DNA from: Lama glama
Taxonomy: Eukaryota
Reading direction: 5' to 3'
NCBI GenBank assembly: GCA_028534125.1
Contig: CM052818.1
Coordinates: forward strand, 6,574,001-6,638,000
Length of the DNA: 64,000 nt
Position 1 is the stretch's first letter. Every line of letters starts with the position of its first letter. The position numbers and the translations under genes are program-made. A model generated the notes under the pieces. It did not search any database and had not been told where the DNA came from. It saw only the letters and a list, made by a program, of their open reading frames with translations. This document shows positions 1-12,205 of this stretch, in pieces.

Positions 1-118
1 TCTTGGTACTAAACCTTCGAAAGGCAGTTAATTTTACACTCGTGGCACCTCTCATTTGGGCCAACTGTGTTTCAGGTGTTCAGTAGCCACAGGTGCCTCC
101 TGTATCAGACAGCAGCAC
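1..118 (+). mobile_element. MER33-like hAT MITE, partial
   Basis: gtactaaaccttcgaaa...attttacact...tcagtagccaca. Confidence 0.6.
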
Positions 119-1506
119 CTCTAGAGTAAGGCAGACGTGGTGTCGACGCCTCTCTGCTGCTTATTGGCCATGTGACTAGGGGTAGATCACCTGAACCGTT
201 CAAAACCTCAATTGTAAAAGAGGGACATAGCATCTACTTTTCTGAGCTGTTGTGATTAGTAAGTCAGATGATGTGTGTACATAAAAAGTCTGGGTCCGTG
301 AAGAGGTGCTCTGTAATTGGCATCCATGATTTTGAGATACCCACTATTAATTGCATAGGGTGTGGATTAAAGGATGCGGGTTATAGTGAAAGCCAGCATT
401 AGAGCAATATTTATGTGCTGAAGGAGAACTCCAGAAAACCTGGCAGATTCCTGGGACTGGAGACTGGGATTTTGTACACAAGCCTTGGAACAGGGCCCTG
501 GGTCTGGCTGAGCAACTTGCCTGGAGCTCTACCACCAGTTCAGAGAAGGTGGTGTTCGGAGGAATCACTGTGGCAGCCTTAAGACTGTCTCTGCCTCAGA
601 GACAGGGCAGCTGGCTTCAGATTTGGACCTTGTCCCTTGTACTGCATATTTATCTTCCCAAACTTTGGCTTTGTCGTCTGTCAAAGGGGACTAATCTTGT
701 GAAGCTTCTGAGGATTCACTTGGACCCAGCACATGAAGGTCCCTGCGGCAGCGTCCATCACGTTTGAGTAGGTGAGTGTTTTCTGGCAAATGAAAAGCAG
801 TTTCAACTTCAGAGTCTTGTTGAGGGGGCTTGAGACGTAGACAGAAGGGATGATTGTGCCCTTCTGGTAAGAGCTTGAAAGATGGAACCAGCCAGAGAGG
901 AGAGGGGCTGGTTCTTTCAACTGAGCTGAAAACAGAAACTGATAAATCCTGTCTTAAGTTATGTAAATGAGTGCAGGGGATCTCGAGCCACTCACCCATT
1001 TGGTTCATTGAGTACCAGGGTTCTCTTGGACTCTGCCAAGGATTTCTGACCCTGCAGGGTGCCAGAGGGGAAGCTGGGAAAGAGATAGGAGAGAGGAGGG
1101 AAGGGGGCATGGCCTGGGTTGGTGGCTTGTTGGGGAGTACACATCCCCTCCTCGGGCCATGTCACATTTTGATAACATTCCTTTTTTATCTATCCTTTTA
1201 GTCCCCTGTCTTCCTTGCCCAACTTTCAATATTTTTATTGTTCTGGAGAGTAAAATTATTACTAGGGCATCACACCTTTGTGTGTTAGTAATAGTATTTT
1301 TAAGACACTCTCAAGAGCCAGAGGGACAACTGTCCTCAGGATGGAGTTCTGGGGAGTCACCTGTGCTCCCAAGGTGAAGCTTGAAGCTTGAGCAGGTACC
1401 GTGTCTTCACAGGTTGAAGAACAACGCAATCTAGCCGAGAGTAAATAAATACAAGTTGATCTTTTGATTTAAGCAAAGCAGGCACAAATCTAGATTTGCC
1501 AAGCAC

Positions 1507-1572
1507 GTGAACTCGGGTGTGTGTGACAGTGCACAAAAAGTGAACTCAGGTGTGTGTGACAGTGCACAAAAA
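1507..1572. repeat. 33-bp tandem duplication
   Basis: gtgaactc(g/a)ggtgtgtgtgacagtgcacaaaaa x2, one mismatch. Confidence 0.95.
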
Positions 1573-1862
1573 GACGCAGCATAAAATTGCTTGAAATAAA
1601 CAGCAGCAGCCCCCCGGCCCCCAGCCCCACCTCTAGCAGAGAGAAACTTTGCATGCCGGCACCTACACCTACGTCTTTGATTTACCAGCTTTTCTCCTGC
1701 CCCTGTGGCCACACTGGAACAGATTCAAGCCCCCTTGTGCGGACAATTGATGAGGACAATTTAAATGTCTCTAAAGGTTGTCATCTGATGGGTTTTCCTG
1801 CATATTATAGCATTTTCCTTGAATTCGGACATAGGTATTAATCATCCTCCTCCCATCTCTCA

Positions 1863-1905
1863 ACACACACACACACACACACACGCACATGCGCACACAC
1901 ACACA
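1863..1905. repeat. Interrupted (CA)n microsatellite
   Basis: Seen directly. Confidence 0.95.
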
Positions 1906-3764
1906 GCCATCTCAAGTTCTTGTTAAGAAGTCATTGTGATTTGGGAGTTTTTCATTGTTAGTTCACATTAGCTGTAAGGTCAGAGACTCCTTCGTGGGAC
2001 GATTAGCCATGAATAAAGGAGCTGAATGCCCCATTTGAGAAAGATGAAACTTTCCAGTGCCCCAGGTGGTGTCCAGTGACTTGGACCAGAAGAAGCTCAT
2101 GTGAATGGCGGGGGGTGGCTGGGTGGAGGGCCCGGCCTCACTCGTGGCTCTGTGCTCCCGAGACAGGTGGATTTTATCTTTAAGGAAGTGGCAGCTCCCT
2201 TTATCAGGCCTTTCTGGTGGAACAGGTTCCCTCCCAGCAAAGGAGAACCGGATGTTAACTCTTCCTGGCCTGTCAGCCCTGCAGCAAGAAGGGCTGATCT
2301 GTCAAAGCAGAAGGAAAGTGAAATAATAACACCCCTCCTGAAGTGTGTGTTGCCACCTGCCCCGCCCTCCCCCCCACCAAAAATGAATCCCCTCCCCCGA
2401 GATAACAAGTCAGGACACCTCGGGTGTAGTGACCGACTTCCTTTCCACAACCAGTTAGCCCCTTGTCTCTCTAAAAAGCTCCTTGAAATCTTTGGGGCAA
2501 ACTTGGGTGCACGGAAGCAAGCGGGTAAAACATGGGTCGCATCTTGCAAAACTAGGCTCTTTGATTTGGGGGAAGGTAAGGGGATGGGCACTGGTGTTGC
2601 TCTCCGGGTTTTTAACATTTTGATTCATTATTCTTGACTGCTACAAAGAGTGAATTATAAGGACGGGGTTGGAGGATTTGGAAAGTTGCTGGGTGTAGGA
2701 AGAGGATTAGGAAACCTGCTTTCTTGGGTTTCCTTTTGGGGCCCAGGCTGCGGGATTTACTGCCTCCGGGATGGTGTCTGTGGCTCTGGATTTTGCCCAG
2801 GCTCTGGAGGGCTGGCCACCTCCAACCTCAGGGCAGCATTATCAGCTCCAAAGAGTGGCCATCAACACGATTGAGGCCAGAAGCACCACTGAACAGAGGA
2901 GGACCCTGAGGCCTGGGGGGGGTTGAGCCCTAGGTCCCACAGCAGGGTGGTGGGGGAGGCTGCTTGGCTGGGTGGTTTTCTCTCCCCACTGGGATCATCC
3001 AAATATGTGCCAGGAAGAAAGGGTGTGTGTCTGGGGTTGGGGGGGGTGCTGCGCATTGCAGGGGGTCAGCTTGGAGAGTTAGTGTTAATTTGCAGAAAGT
3101 GCCTGCAGGAAAGTGGGGACAGTCCCTCGGAAGAGAGGCCCCGGGTCTGCAGACCAGAGGGCTCTCAGTAGGAGGAGGAGGGCGGATGAGTCTGAGGGCT
3201 GGTGGAGGAGCTCAGATGTAGCTGCTTAAATTAGTTCAAAGTGAGAAATGTAATTACTATCCTTGCTCAGACCAAATGTCTGAACATTGTTATAAAATGA
3301 GGTGTAATCACAGAAAAGACCTGCAGCGCTGCACTCCTCCCACAAAATAGCCTTTGTGTGCTGGGGAGCCCCGCAGTGGTGATGCGTCTTCTGGGGGTGC
3401 TGAAGGCCCATTAAGTTCAGGTGTGTGTATTGGACTTAATTGGGGGAGCGTACCTCCTGCTCATTTGGACAGCCCGTCCCAGCTACTTGGCATCTGTAAC
3501 AAATTTGTGATAAAGGGGAAAAAAATCACTGTTGGACATCTCAGCTAGGAATATTTGGCGTCAGAATAAAAGAAGAACTAAGCCAGAGGGAAAACCGAGG
3601 GTGATTATGGCCCTGGCCCTTGTTAACTGCTATTTGAATGATAAAAGGAAAGATGAAAAGGATGTTTCAGGAACTCCCTGGAAAACAACTTCCTCTATCA
3701 ATATTTTTATGTCGATTCTGTACTTTGCTCCACCAAGCGGAAAAGTGCTCTCAGAAGGCAGACC

Positions 3765-3915
3765 GAGTCCTGATTGTGCCATTTGTTTGTCAGCTGACCT
3801 AGGGCAGTTACATAAACTGTAAGCCTTAGTTTTCTCTCCTGGAAAATGGGCTGCTGTAGGTGAATGAGAACACCTGGCACAGAAGAAAGCATGTGGCAAA
3901 GCATGTTAGCACGCA
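3765..3915 (+). mobile_element. MIR SINE
   Basis: tgacctagggcagttacataaactgtaagccttagttttctctcctggaaaatggg core. Confidence 0.7.
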
Positions 3916-4767
3916 GCCGTCATCATCACCATCATTGTTTCTAACCACGTTCATAACATCGTGTACCTACTGCACCAAAGAGCCACCAGACGGGAGGGAA
4001 ATGAATGAAAGGCCTGTTGGGGAGAGGTGCCTGGGGCTAAGTGAGGTCGGTCCAAGAAAGGTTTCCTGGGCCAGTCGTTGGGGAGGGAGGGTTGCGTTTG
4101 GTTGGCCGAAGGGAGAGGGTGATGTCCAGGCCCGGGGACGTGTGCACAGGACGACTGCACTTGTAGGAAACAGACACATGCTTTTTGTAGACCTGCAGCC
4201 TGTACCCTTCACTCAGTGGCTTCTCCGGGACCTTGTGGCCCACTCTTGTTGGGGGTGGTCTGCTGACTCCAGCTCCCAGAGACCCCAGGTCTGCTCTGCG
4301 CACAGTGGGGTTTAGTTCCAGGAGGGCAGGGCGTTTGTCTGTTTTGTTCACTGCTGTGTTCAGTGCCTGGTAGAAGAGGAGCTCAAGCAGTATCTGCTGA
4401 ATGAATGAATGGGGTCCAGTAGGAATGAGTATCGATGTTAAATTACACGTGCTCCCCGAGAAAACTCCCTAAGAAAACTGCTACAACTGAGACTGTTTAG
4501 CTGTCTAATAAAGAGAAGAGAAACTTTTGAAACAACTTGGTTTGGTTACAGACGAGCAGCTATACTTGTGCTCACCTAGTTCCCACGCAGTTCCTTAATG
4601 TATTTAACACATGTGATTAACTTTGAGTATACGTGACTACAGATTTTAACTTTATTTTATACAGCTGCCTGCCTGCACGCAATCCTGAGAACAATCAATG
4701 GGAACATTATTAGCATGAACATTCCTTTTTTGAAAACTGATTATGCTGCTGCTTCTGGAACAAAGTA

Positions 4768-4907
4768 GTTTTTTTTTTTAATTTTTGTTTTTTGGTGGGG
4801 GGGGTAATTAGGTCTATTTATTTAGTTTTAGAGGAGGTACTGGGGATTGAACCCAGGACCTTGTGCATGCCAAGCATATGCTCTATCACTTGAGCTACAC
4901 CTTCCCC
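4768..4907 (-). mobile_element. Vic-1-like tRNA-derived SINE
   Basis: Reverse complement has A-box and B-box, an acctaattacc tail and poly-A. TSD ctggaacaaagta at 4755-4767 and 4908-4920. Confidence 0.92.
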
Positions 4908-4994
4908 CTGGAACAAAGTATTTAAATATTATTTTCACCTGATTATCCCTCAGACCTGCACGGTTCAAGCAAGTGCCTTGAGGTCCAAGCCTCC

Positions 4995-5155
4995 TAGACC
5001 AGGTCTTCAATGTGCATGTGAGTCACCCTGGGGAGTCTTGCTGAGCACAAGTTCCCATTCAGAAGGGCTGGCGGAGGGGCTGAGAGCGTGCATTTCTATT
5101 ATGTTTTCCTGATGCTGCTACTGGCTGCTTTTTGGATCACACTTTGAATAGCACA
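4995..5155. mobile_element. MER5-like hAT MITE
   Basis: gagtcaccctggggagtcttg...ggggctgagagcgtgcatttcta...cacactttgaatagca. Confidence 0.7.
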
Positions 5156-5889
5156 GCTTTAATCTGTCTTTAGTTAGTTTTTTTTTTTTTTTGAGGTTTT
5201 TCTTTGTATCCTAAAGATGTGTGGTATATCTTATTCTAAACGTTGATTTTTTTTTATACTTAATCCTTCCTGGAAATAGTTGTTTCCCTAGGAGGGCTGT
5301 TGTTTGATTTGTACACACCTGACACAGCACTGCCAAGTAGAGCCACGCCTTGAAGCTTGGACATTTTGGGATTCACTGTGGGCCTTGAGTGAAGTCTGAT
5401 GCTTTATATTTGGCTTTTGGGAATGTCTTTGGGATTTGGGATGTAAATCAAATGTTACCGGGTTCAGTGTTGGCTAAAGTAAGGATTGCACCAATAAATT
5501 CTTCGGCAGTAGTGTAAAATGCCCTGAACATGGTAGATTCATTTCTGTTTCTCAGTTTGACCAAATGTGCTCATCAACTCTTTTTTTGATTAATGCTGAA
5601 GCAAACCTTCTGCCATCTTGCAAAGTGAAAACCTTAATTATGATTCTTTGCGTGTCTGTACCATGCCTGTTGGTCTTAATAATCTCTGAATTGTCAGAAT
5701 TTCTTCAGATGCAGCTGCTTTGTGGAATTGCATGGCTCTTATTCAGGCAGTAATACAAGTGTGCACTTAATGTCTACTTTGTCTTAAGATGCTGTGATGG
5801 CATAGTGAACACTGATGAGAATTACTGTGTGTTTCCTGAAGCTTCACCTTGTTAAGGGTTAGAGCACTCCAGGGGCTCAAACTGCCCGC

Positions 5890-6878
5890 TTCTCCTCTCT
5901 CTGCAGGCTTGCCTGGGTGGCATCTCATCCCATGGCTTTATGTACTAGTCTGTGTGCAGATGACTCACAGGTTGACTTCTCCAGGCTCACCATTCCCAGA
6001 ACTCCAGATTGGTATCAGTATTATCACGTGGATGTCTACCATGCATCTGAACTTAAATGTCCAAAACAGAACTTCTGATCCCCTAAAGGTGGGCAGCTCA
6101 CTCACTCAGCCTTCCCTGTCTTGACAAATGGCACCGCCATTCACTCAGTGGTCCAGTTCCCAAATCTTATGGTACCTTTGATCCTACTTTCCTTCACTGC
6201 CTGTCCGTATCTATTCATCAGCAAGATTGTCTGCTTTTTCTCCAGGACAAGAGGAAATTGTCTTCTCTTTGCAGTGACCTCCATTGGCCAGGCTTCCATA
6301 GTCTCTCACCTGAAGCATTGCTGTAGCCCTCTGGCACCCTGCCCCACTCTTGCCCCTGTATAATACATTTTCTGCAGAATAGCCAAATAATTTTTACTGA
6401 AACTGCATTACTTCATGTCTTTCCTCACCTAAAACCTGTAGCAATTTCCCACTGGGAACTCTTGACCTAGTTTACCCATCCTTAGGCTTCTTGCTTCAGT
6501 CTGTATCACAGATTTTCCTCATCTGGTACCATTCTCCTGTGAGCCAGGCAAGCTCTTTCTTGCCCCAGGATCTTTGTATTGGCCATTCCCTCTGACTAAT
6601 ATACTGTTCCTCCTCTTCCCATCACTAGCTCCTTCTTGATAATTGTATCTGAGTTTAAATGTCAGCCCTTCTGGGATGCCTTTCCCTACCCTCTTTTACA
6701 TCACCCAACTTTAAATCTGTGTAGGATGTACCACTGCCTGTTGATTGATATGTTCATGGCCAGTCTCCCTGTATGTGAGCAGGAACCGCATTTATCTTTT
6801 CTCTAGTGTATGCTAGTGCCACCTAGAAAGTACCTGAACACAGTAGAATCTTAAGTATTTGTTGAATAAGTGAATGAC
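5890..6878 (+). mobile_element. LINE-2 3' region
   Basis: ggatgtctaccatgcatctgaacttaaatgtccaaaacagaact...ends tatttgttgaataagtgaatga. Confidence 0.8.
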
Positions 6879-7342
6879 TTTATCTGGGATGCAAAGAACT
6901 TGAGAGTTCTGCTAGCAGGTGGTATTTATTCACAACTGTTTGGGTAAAAAGTGGAATACAAAACAAACATATTATCCCTAAAGTTTTTTTTTTTTTGGCT
7001 TTATTTTGTTGTATTGTAAAGAAGCAATTTCCACTGTATATCAGAAGGTGAGGTACTCCTAGTGGTATTCCAGTTCCTATGAAACCCACGTGCCTTTAGA
7101 ATTACCTACGAAAAATGAACAGATGATTGAGTGTTTTAATATTCTGATTGCTTTACCATTTCTAACCTGTGAGCAGTCTAAATTTAGCATTTATTTAATT
7201 AAACTATTGACCCACTATTATTGGCAAATATTTCTTGAGTTCTCACTCCTTACAAGTTTCTATACTTGATGCTAGAAGGAGAAAAATGTTACGAGACATA
7301 GTGACTGACCTTGTAATTCTGTTTGTAAACATTCTGTCCTTG

Positions 7343-7900
7343 ACTTCTGGTTAAACATAGTAAACTGAACAAGTATATATCTCGATTTCCTCCCAAAACT
7401 CTAATAAAATGACAGTAAGGAATGAAAACAGTATGAACCCAAAAAACTCCAGAGAGAGATCAACCCAATTTTGCAAGATGGAATGCCAGTATGTGAATGC
7501 TGACTCAGCAGAGAAAGCCGGAACCCAGCTGTCTGCTGGGTGGGTGGTACAAAGTTGAGGGTGGGATAGACGCCGGTGTTTGCTACAGAATTCTAAAGGC
7601 TAGGATTCCAGATGCAGGGCTGAACCAAAAACGGAGTGAAAGAACATTCCATCAGAGCAGGGGAGAAAGAAAGAGAACACCACGAAATCTGGGAATCCAA
7701 CACAGAACAGAAAGGACGGGAAGAAGCTGCAGCTATGCAGCCACATATTTAGAGCCCGAGAGCAGCCAGTCCAGATGCGGGGGATGCAGGATGGACGGTC
7801 CCAGAAGGGATGGCACTCAGAGCAAAACTGCTTTTGGTCCTATTGGGAGCATGTGTTTCAGCTCTGGCCCAGTTTGTAGACGACATAGTAATTGACACAC
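7343..7900 (+). mobile_element. Ancient L1M/HAL1-like 5' fragment
   Basis: gacttctggttaaacat...ctcccaaaactctaataaaatgacagtaagg resembles old L1 5' ends. Right boundary uncertain. Confidence 0.5.
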
Positions 7901-7938
7901 CAAAAAGTAAGCAAACATTTTTAAAAGAAGGCCTTTTT

Positions 7939-8062
7939 GGGGTAGGATATAGCTCAGTGGCAGAACACATGTTTAGCATACACAAGGTTCTGGGTTCAAA
8001 CCCCAGTACCTCCATCAAAATAAATAAATAACCTAATTCCCTCCCCCAAAATAGATAAAAAA
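7939..8062 (+). mobile_element. Vic-1-like SINE
   Basis: ggggtaggatatagctcagtggcaga...gggttcaaaccccagtacctcca followed by an A-rich tail. Confidence 0.92.
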
Positions 8063-8103
8063 TTTTTAAATGTGAAATTCTTTTTTTTAAACACCCTTTT
8101 AAA

Positions 8104-8197
8104 TTTCTTTTTTTTTTTAATGGAGGTACTCGAGATTGAACCCAGGACCTCGTGCATGCTAATAAGCTTGTGCTCTACCACTGAGCTATACCCTCCA
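8104..8197 (-). mobile_element. Vic-1-like SINE, inverted relative to its neighbour
   Basis: Poly-T then tggaggtactcgagattgaacccaggacctc...ctgagctataccctcc. Confidence 0.92.
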
Positions 8198-9679
8198 CAC
8201 CCCAAAAGAAGGCCATTTTTATGGAGGAATAGAACAGTATGCCATAAGAAAGAAAATATAACCATTGAATTTTACAAGGCCAGCTTTAAATATTTATATA
8301 CTCATACGAGTGTGTCACCAAATCTTGGTTTAATTAAAATGTCATGTAACTATTTAAGAAAGAGTGAGGTGGGGAATTGTGGAACATATGAGAGCTAAGC
8401 CTGGGAACGCCAGTAGATAATCACTAAAACTGATGTCAGAAGGATGTCAGTAGTTTGACTGGGGAAATATTCACACATGTATGTATATCCTCTGCAAGGC
8501 TGAGAATAGGCCTGTCGGGTGCTTTGGAGGAAGCGACATGTCTAAAGACATCTGGCTGAGACTCCTGTCTTCAGGAAGTTGGCGATCTAGTTAGAAAGGC
8601 TAGAGTCTGTGAGTTATCTTGTATTGTGAGCAAAGGGCCAAAAAAAAAGGTGCCAAAAACATTGTAGAAATTTGATCGGGGGAGGGGAGATTTATCTTGG
8701 TTTTAGGTAGTTGAACCTTCACAGAAGAGAGAGAAATTGAGAGAGAAATTGAGTTTTGCCTCGATAGATTGGGAGGATTTGGGTAGAAAGGAAAAGAAAG
8801 ATGTCCTAAGCCACAGCCCATTCCAGTTGCCAAGGAGAAGAGTTAATATGGCTTATTTGTTCGAGATGGTGGCAGTGAGGGCTGGGTTTGTTGTTTGTCG
8901 CTGTCGTTGGCTGATTTCTGGCAGGCCTGAGTCATCTTCAGGATTTTCGTCAGTGTTGGGATGAGGGTCTCAGAGGCCAGGCCGTGGAGATGATATAAAT
9001 CTGGTGGCTGGGGGGACCAGGACATGGTGTGCATCTATTTCTCAGCATTTCTCTACTTCAATATTTCATTCAAAACAAAGCCAAGCCAAGTCTTTTTCCT
9101 TTTTCCTTTTCTCATGGCCATGACTGAATTTTTCTTGCATGAACGGTTCTTGTGTTCTTATTTAAAAGAAGAATTTGGCATATGGCAGACCTCCTCAAGC
9201 TATCTTTAGTTGGTTGTGGGGTGTAAGTGATTAAGAATGCAGCTGTACTTGCTACCAACACATGCTTTTAAGGAGTGGACTGCTAAGCAGACAGGCCTGG
9301 TTAGAAGTTTAGAATAGCGTCTTGGGATCAAAGATCTAATTTTTCAAGCACATGTTATACAGGAGTCCCTCCCCTCAGGATTGAAGCCTTGAGGGCTGTT
9401 TGTACCCAGAGGCAGTGTGACTTAACTTATTTGTTTTAAATGGTGGCCACTCTTGGCTCTGGAGAGACAGCCATGCTGCCCTTGGAGTAGATGGGAGGAG
9501 GCTGACTTCAGTGTACTTTGTAGAGCTTGGCTTCAGTGCTCCTTTGGAATAAAACATTCTTTACTTCTCCAGTGTGTCCCAGGACAAATCCATCTCTGTC
9601 CTGTTGCTCACTTACACCGAGGTGCTGGGTCCTTAGTCTTCAAAGCTTGGAACTCCCTTTTGCCTCTCCTCCAAAAATT

Positions 9680-11090
9680 TGTTCTTTCACTGAGCAAATA
9701 TTTACCAACTTTCTGCCCTGTGCAGGACCGTGTGGCAAACACAGATGAATCAGACAGGCGACCTGTCCATAAATGTTGTCAGTTGAGGACGTCTGGCAGT
9801 GGGGCAAGCACATGGGAGTTTTTACCATGAAGTGCCCAGGAATAGGGCCACACGCTGAAGGTGTTCAGAAGGAGGAGAAGGAGATTTAGTTAGATGGGTG
9901 GGTTTCAAGTCAACCGTCACGGGGAAGGTGACATTTGAGTTGAGCCTTGAAGGACAGGCTTAGCTATGCGGAGGGGGAGGAGTTTTAGGCAGAAGCATTT
10001 AACACATGAGAGGATGGAGAGAGAAGAAAGAGTGATCAGTGCTTGCTGAGTCTCACTGTATGCCAGGCACTTGGCTGAGGCATGTCCCTCATCCCATTTA
10101 ATCCTCACAGCAACTTTCCCCTTGCCTTTCCCCTTAGTTTCCCTAAGGGCTATTGTCCAAGGAGGCTCATAAGTGGTCAGAGTGGAAATTTGAACCCAAG
10201 ACCATATAATTCCAAATCTTACACTGTTAGCCTCAAAGAGAGAGCAGGTATTGGCTACAGCAAAAGCTATTTGGGGGGAAAGGAGTGGTGTGAAAGGTAC
10301 AGTTTAGAAAAAAGTGCTTCGAGGCAGATGGAAGAAAGAACCTTGAATGCAGAGCGAATTTCCCTGTAAGCAGCAGGGAGCCATGGAGGGCTTTTAATGG
10401 GGTGTGACGTGACCGTAGCAGGGCTTCCCGCTGGAAGGCTTGAGTTCATCGCTAGGTGCCTGACTCCCGAAATGTCTGAATCCTCACAACAGCCTATGAG
10501 ATGGTGCTATCCATGCGCTGATTTTACCCACAGGGAGACTTAAGTAAAGGTTTAGAGACTTGTTCAAAGTGGAATTGAGGTCAGAGGCAAAGAGATCAGT
10601 CAGGCCGCTGCAGGAGCCCATGAGAGACAGGGTGATGCGCCACCGGGAGGGCAGACAGATGCGCGGATGCGAGAGAATTGGGGTGCAGCTAAAAGGGTGT
10701 GAGTCTGGTTGTTGAGGGGTGTAGTGTTGGGGGGAGCCCTGGGGATTGCGCAGGAGAGTGAGCTAGTCGTCATTCTCTCACCCCGCAGACCAGACCGATT
10801 TGAAGAGAGGGTTGGGTTGGGGCATTCTGCCTGCCAGTAGGACGGAGGGCTGGGCTCGGTGAGGGGCGACGTCCGCGGAGGGTGCAAGTTGGTAAGAGCA
10901 GAGCGTGTGGAGGAGGGGAAAGGGGCCGCAAACAGAGCAAGGCAGAACCCTTCAATCCAAGGCTGGAGGAGAACCTGAGAGGCAATGAGGGAAGTCAAGC
11001 AGGGGCACGTCCACTGGGCAGCCAGTGGGCTGGACCCCTCGGGAGGAGCTGGTGATGGAGGGAAATCGTTGGATGTGGCGAGTCCTGGTC
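9680..11090 (-). mobile_element. Fragmented LINE-2 interrupted by MIR pieces
   Basis: cactgagcaaatattta...gtgacatttgagttgagccttgaagga...agggagccatggaggg; MIR-like sequence at about 10030-10230. Confidence 0.6.
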
Positions 11091-12049
11091 ATGGGACATC
11101 TCTGTACCTTTTACACTTGCGGCTGGACTCAGCCCCAACCTGAGGCAGTCTCATTTTCCTCGTTGAGAAAATGAATAAACATTACTAGGATTGGGCATAC
11201 ATTTACCAAAAATAAAACATGGAAGTAGCATCATGTGAAAATGTAGTGGTTTAACATTTTTTTTTAAATTCATATAAAAAGGGGGAAAAAAACCCCTGCT
11301 GGTTAGTCTTGAATATCTATCTTCCACCTTCTTTGAGTCTCACTGTAATCAGAACTGGGCTTGGTGTGCTGGGAAATTGAGCTAATAAAGACAGCTCAGG
11401 GCCATTAGCAATCTTAATATCAGAAATGGACAGAACCAAGGAGCCCTGTCCCTGTTCAGTCAGCACCAGGGGCCTGTACTTCTCTCTCCCAAGTTCAAGG
11501 GGGTCAGGTGAATGAGTGTCTATGAAACATACAGCGATGATGACTCAGTCTTTGGAGAGTGTGTGTTCCTCAGTCAGATGTGGCTCAGGGGTAATTCTCA
11601 GGTTGGGGCTTTATGGAGGCTGCTTTGAAACAAGGGCCACTAAGCCCTGTCTGTGTCCATTCACAGCAGCTTCCTGATAGACCAGAGCCCTGTGCTGGGC
11701 GCCAGCCGCCACATCCATCCATGACAGGCCTCTGAAAGCAGCACACTTTGCCAGATGCCTGTGAATTTTAAAAGCAGGGATTCATCTGCGGAATCATCTT
11801 TCCGAACCTAATGATCTGTAATTGCTCCGTTGTTGAACTGTGGTTGATCTATTTCTAGCAGATTAGCTACCTGAGAGGAAATGAGAATTTAAGTTGTTTG
11901 CTGGACGTTAAAAAAAAAAAATTTACGTCTGAGGAGACATCTGATCCACAGATGCATAGGACACAGGGAGAGTCCCCCCCACCCCCAGGTAGCAGGCACT
12001 GTTGATGGCCATTTTACAGTTTTCTTGCCTGTGTACTTTTCACACATTC

Positions 12050-12205
12050 GTAGTCGTCCTCACAACAGTCTTTACTTGTGTAGTTTTGAACCTGTTTTAG
12101 AAATGAGGAGCCCAAGTTTGGAAGGTAAGTAGGTTATCAAGGTCACCCAGCTGGAAAGTGCCAGACCTGGGATTGGAACCCGGATCCCTCTGGCTGCACC
12201 ATGGC
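12050..12205 (-). mobile_element. MIR SINE
   Basis: cctcacaacag...ttttagaaatgagga...caaggtcacccagct...ggattggaaccc. Confidence 0.7.

Noticed and set aside
1507..1572. CRISPR-like direct repeats
   Set aside because: Two adjacent copies, no spacers, mammalian DNA.
2097..2637. Overlapping 173-aa and 178-aa ORFs
   Set aside because: No recognisable protein similarity; GC-rich sequence gives such ORFs by chance.
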